Shown: positions 61,341 through 64,000 of the stretch, in pieces | How the letters are laid out: each line of letters opens with the position of its first letter | Position numbering within the stretch: the first letter of the stretch is position 1 | Assembly: GCA_050950825.1 (NCBI GenBank) | Contig: JBMNIH010000004.1 | Span: 32,001-96,000, forward strand | DNA length: 64,000 nucleotides | Direction of reading: 5' to 3' | Source: Clostridia bacterium | GTDB taxonomy: Bacteria > Bacillota > Clostridia > JAAYHZ01 | Notes under the pieces: model-generated | The model's database searches: none | The model's input: the letters and a program-made list of their open reading frames with translations, nothing else | What the model was told of the DNA's origin: nothing | Translations under genes and position numbers: made by a program

Positions 61341-64000
61341 ATGAAAAAAATTGCTGCTACACTTTTAACGTTTTCCGTTATATTTATTATATTGGTCCCC
61401 TGTTATGCCGCCGATAAAAACATCAGTTGGACCGATGAAGAACTTACCTTTATGAACCGTCATCCGGTCATCCGAGTAGGAGTAGATGAAGGCTTTGTTC
61501 CCTTTGAGTTCATTGGCGATACCGGTGAACATAAAGGAATTGCAGCGGATTATCTTTCTTTGATCAGCGAGATAACGGGTCTTACCTTTGAAGTAGTTAT
61601 CGGGGATAATTGGTCGGAAACATACGAGATGGCTTTGGCGGGAGAAGTCGACCTTTTGGCTGCCATCGGAAAGACACCGGAAAGAGAAAAAAACTTCCTT
61701 TTTTCCGACCCCTATTGCTTCTTTAAAAGGGTAATCGTAACGCGAGAGACGGATACGGATATTACGGATATGAAGGATCTTGAAGGGTTGACCGTAGCCG
61801 TTCAGCGAGGCAGCTCCCACCACAGCTATTTGTTATCTTATCCGAAAATCAACCTCAGTCTTTACGATACCGCCGAAGCCGCACTGTCGGCGGTGGCAAC
61901 CGGTTCGGAAAAAGCCCATATCGGCAATCTGACCTCGGTCAATTATTTGGCACACCTGAACGGTCTTACGAATCTTCGTTATGTAGCCTTTGAAGCCGAG
62001 AAGCAGCAAGCGATTCATATGGCCGTCAATAAAAAATTTCCGGAGTTAGTCGGAATTTTAAACAAAGCCTTGCAGGCCATACCGGAAAAAGAAAGGCTGG
62101 CCATCAACAGCGAATGGATGGATTTGGATAACAAAATCGACTACGGACCGATTATCCGCATCGTTACCATCTTCGGAGCGGTTGTCGTAGTCGCTTTATT
62201 TGTTTCATTTTTTTGGGTCATTCGTTTAAAGAAAGAAATCAAACAAAGAAAGCAAATCCAAGCGGATTTGGAAATCGAGAAGCAAAAATCCGACGAGGCC
62301 AATGAATTTAAGTCCATCTTTTTGGCGAGAATGTCGCATGAAATACGAACCCCCCTTAACGCCATCACAGGTATGTCGTACCTTTTGAAAAAAACCGATT
62401 TATCCGTAACACAAAGAATGTATATTGACTGCATTGTCCAAGCATCCAATCATATGTTGAGTATCATCAACGATATTTTGGACTTTTCGAAAATTGAAGC
62501 CGGAAAAGTGGAGCCGGATGTGGCATCCTTTAGTTTGGACCATTTGATTCAAGATGTGGTCAACATTGTTTCGTATAAAATCGAAGAGCAGAACATTGCT
62601 TTTCACTTGGTGAAAGAACCCAATGTTCCCAACTGGTTCTTCGGAGATTCCAAGCGGATCGAACAAATCCTATTGAACATCTTAAACAATGCGGTAAAGT
62701 TTACGAATGCCGGGGAAGTGTCTTTAAGCGTCCGTTTGGTGGCCAAAGAAAACGACATCCACTATATCTCCTTCACCGTAAAGGATACCGGAATCGGCAT
62801 GACGGAGGAGCAAATAAGCAGGCTGTTTAAACCCTTTGTTCAAGTGGACAGCAGCATCAGCCGCCGATTCGGAGGTACCGGATTGGGACTGACCATCGTA
62901 AAAAGCCTTGTGGATCTGATGGGAGGAGAAATCAAGGTATTCAGCACTCCCAACGAAGGCTCCACCTTTATTATTCGCTTGCCCTTAACCGTTGACGGGG
63001 AAAAAGAAGAGCTATCCGCTAAAACCATGTCGGGAAAAAGCTTAGAGGATTTTAAGACCCTGGTTTTGGAAAAAATAACGGAAAGCATTCCCGTGATAGA
63101 AGGGTATTTAAAGGGCTTCGGCATGCAAAGCGAATTTACCGGATCCGAATCCAGCGCCATGAGTATTCTGGAAGGAGCGAATAATAAAAGGAACGGGGCT
63201 TTTGATCTTCTCATCATCGACGTGAACACGGCGGCGGAGGAAACCTTCCGTTTTGTCGAGGCTATAAAAAGGAATTCGAAAATTATATATCCTCCGAAAA
63301 TATTGGTTTTTCTTCCGATGAATCGGGTGGATTTATTCGAAAGGCTGGACAAGCACGGTATCGACATGGGAATCAGCAAGCCCATCATACCTTCCGTTTT
63401 ATTAAACGGAATATTGGATGTACTCAAATTAAGGGAAATGCCGAAAACGTCCGTTTCCCTTCGGGAGGAGGACGATTCGCATAAGCCTTTAAAGTCGTAT
63501 TACATCCTGTTAGCGGAGGATAACAAGACCAACCGGATGATGGTAACCTCTCTTTTGCAAAAAGAAGGGATCGAATGCATCATAGCGGAGGACGGGAAGG
63601 AAGCGGTAGAACAATTTAAACAACACCAAGAGAAAATCAAGCTGGTGTTAATGGATTTGCATATGCCGGTTATGAACGGATACGAGGCTTCGAGAGAAAT
63701 ACGAAAAATGTCGGAGGATATTCCCATTGTGGCCATGACGGCGGACGTGATTCCGGGTGTGCGGGAAAAATGCGCAGAATGCGGAATACGCCACTACATC
63801 AGCAAGCCTTTGAACCCCGAACGGTTTATACAAATGATGAAGGAAATGGTTATAGAAAAAGACGAAGCGGTCACGGAAGACATCCGAGTCCTTGATCAAG
63901 CGGCAGGGCTTCGAAACATGGGTGAAGACAAAAGCTTGTACCTTCAAGTATTAAACGAGTATTACCATGAGAACCAAGATACGACGGGAAAAATTGGTTT
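61341..64000 (+). CDS. Hybrid sensor histidine kinase (extracellular solute-binding domain, HisKA, HATPase, receiver domains), partial at window edge
   Basis: Absent from the ORF track because it runs off the window. ATG 61341 gives a signal peptide, then VIRVGVDEGFVPFEF, FLARMSHEIRTPLNAI (around 62331), GGTGLGL (62871) and LMDLHMPVMNGYEA (around 63651), all in one frame. Confidence 0.92.
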   Translation, partial: MKKIAATLLTFSVIFIILVPCYAADKNISWTDEELTFMNRHPVIRVGVDEGFVPFEFIGDTGEHKGIAADYLSLISEITGLTFEVVIGDNWSETYEMALAGEVDLLAAIGKTPEREKNFLFSDPYCFFKRVIVTRETDTDITDMKDLEGLTVAVQRGSSHHSYLLSYPKINLSLYDTAEAALSAVATGSEKAHIGNLTSVNYLAHLNGLTNLRYVAFEAEKQQAIHMAVNKKFPELVGILNKALQAIPEKERLAINSEWMDLDNKIDYGPIIRIVTIFGAVVVVALFVSFFWVIRLKKEIKQRKQIQADLEIEKQKSDEANEFKSIFLARMSHEIRTPLNAITGMSYLLKKTDLSVTQRMYIDCIVQASNHMLSIINDILDFSKIEAGKVEPDVASFSLDHLIQDVVNIVSYKIEEQNIAFHLVKEPNVPNWFFGDSKRIEQILLNILNNAVKFTNAGEVSLSVRLVAKENDIHYISFTVKDTGIGMTEEQISRLFKPFVQVDSSISRRFGGTGLGLTIVKSLVDLMGGEIKVFSTPNEGSTFIIRLPLTVDGEKEELSAKTMSGKSLEDFKTLVLEKITESIPVIEGYLKGFGMQSEFTGSESSAMSILEGANNKRNGAFDLLIIDVNTAAEETFRFVEAIKRNSKIIYPPKILVFLPMNRVDLFERLDKHGIDMGISKPIIPSVLLNGILDVLKLREMPKTSVSLREEDDSHKPLKSYYILLAEDNKTNRMMVTSLLQKEGIECIIAEDGKEAVEQFKQHQEKIKLVLMDLHMPVMNGYEASREIRKMSEDIPIVAMTADVIPGVREKCAECGIRHYISKPLNPERFIQMMKEMVIEKDEAVTEDIRVLDQAAGLRNMGEDKSLYLQVLNEYYHENQDTTGKIG

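Overview
Chromosomal accessory region of a Clostridia-like Bacillota genome, inferred from SLH-anchored surface proteins, sigmaA/ECF promoters, a LytTR-GHKL pair and a BlaI/BlaR pair. Left to right: a nonsense-disrupted hypothetical gene, a DUF2079-like membrane protein, an IS256-family element next to a possible second IS end, an ECF sigma/anti-sigma pair, GNAT, M50 peptidase and a frameshifted diguanylate cyclase. Next come a LacI-GPH transporter-MBL hydrolase unit, a methyltransferase/phosphotransferase/GNAT cluster, CPBP and SMI1 genes, a purine permease + PRTase pair, a GH36 alpha-galactosidase and a PflX-like radical SAM gene. Then a partly decayed LytTR/GHKL - small ORF - LemA - giant SLH/GLUG protein - S8 protease module, and a TetR-controlled 3663-aa lectin/Ig-repeat/SLH surface protein. 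The right part holds an RlmA-like methyltransferase, BlaI-M56, a NUDIX-ASCH fusion split by one stop, a heterodimeric ABC exporter and a hybrid sensor kinase that runs off the right edge. At least eight genes carry frameshifts or in-frame stops. I saw no rRNA, tRNA, CRISPR array or recognisable riboswitch. All family calls come from motifs recognised by eye, not from database searches.
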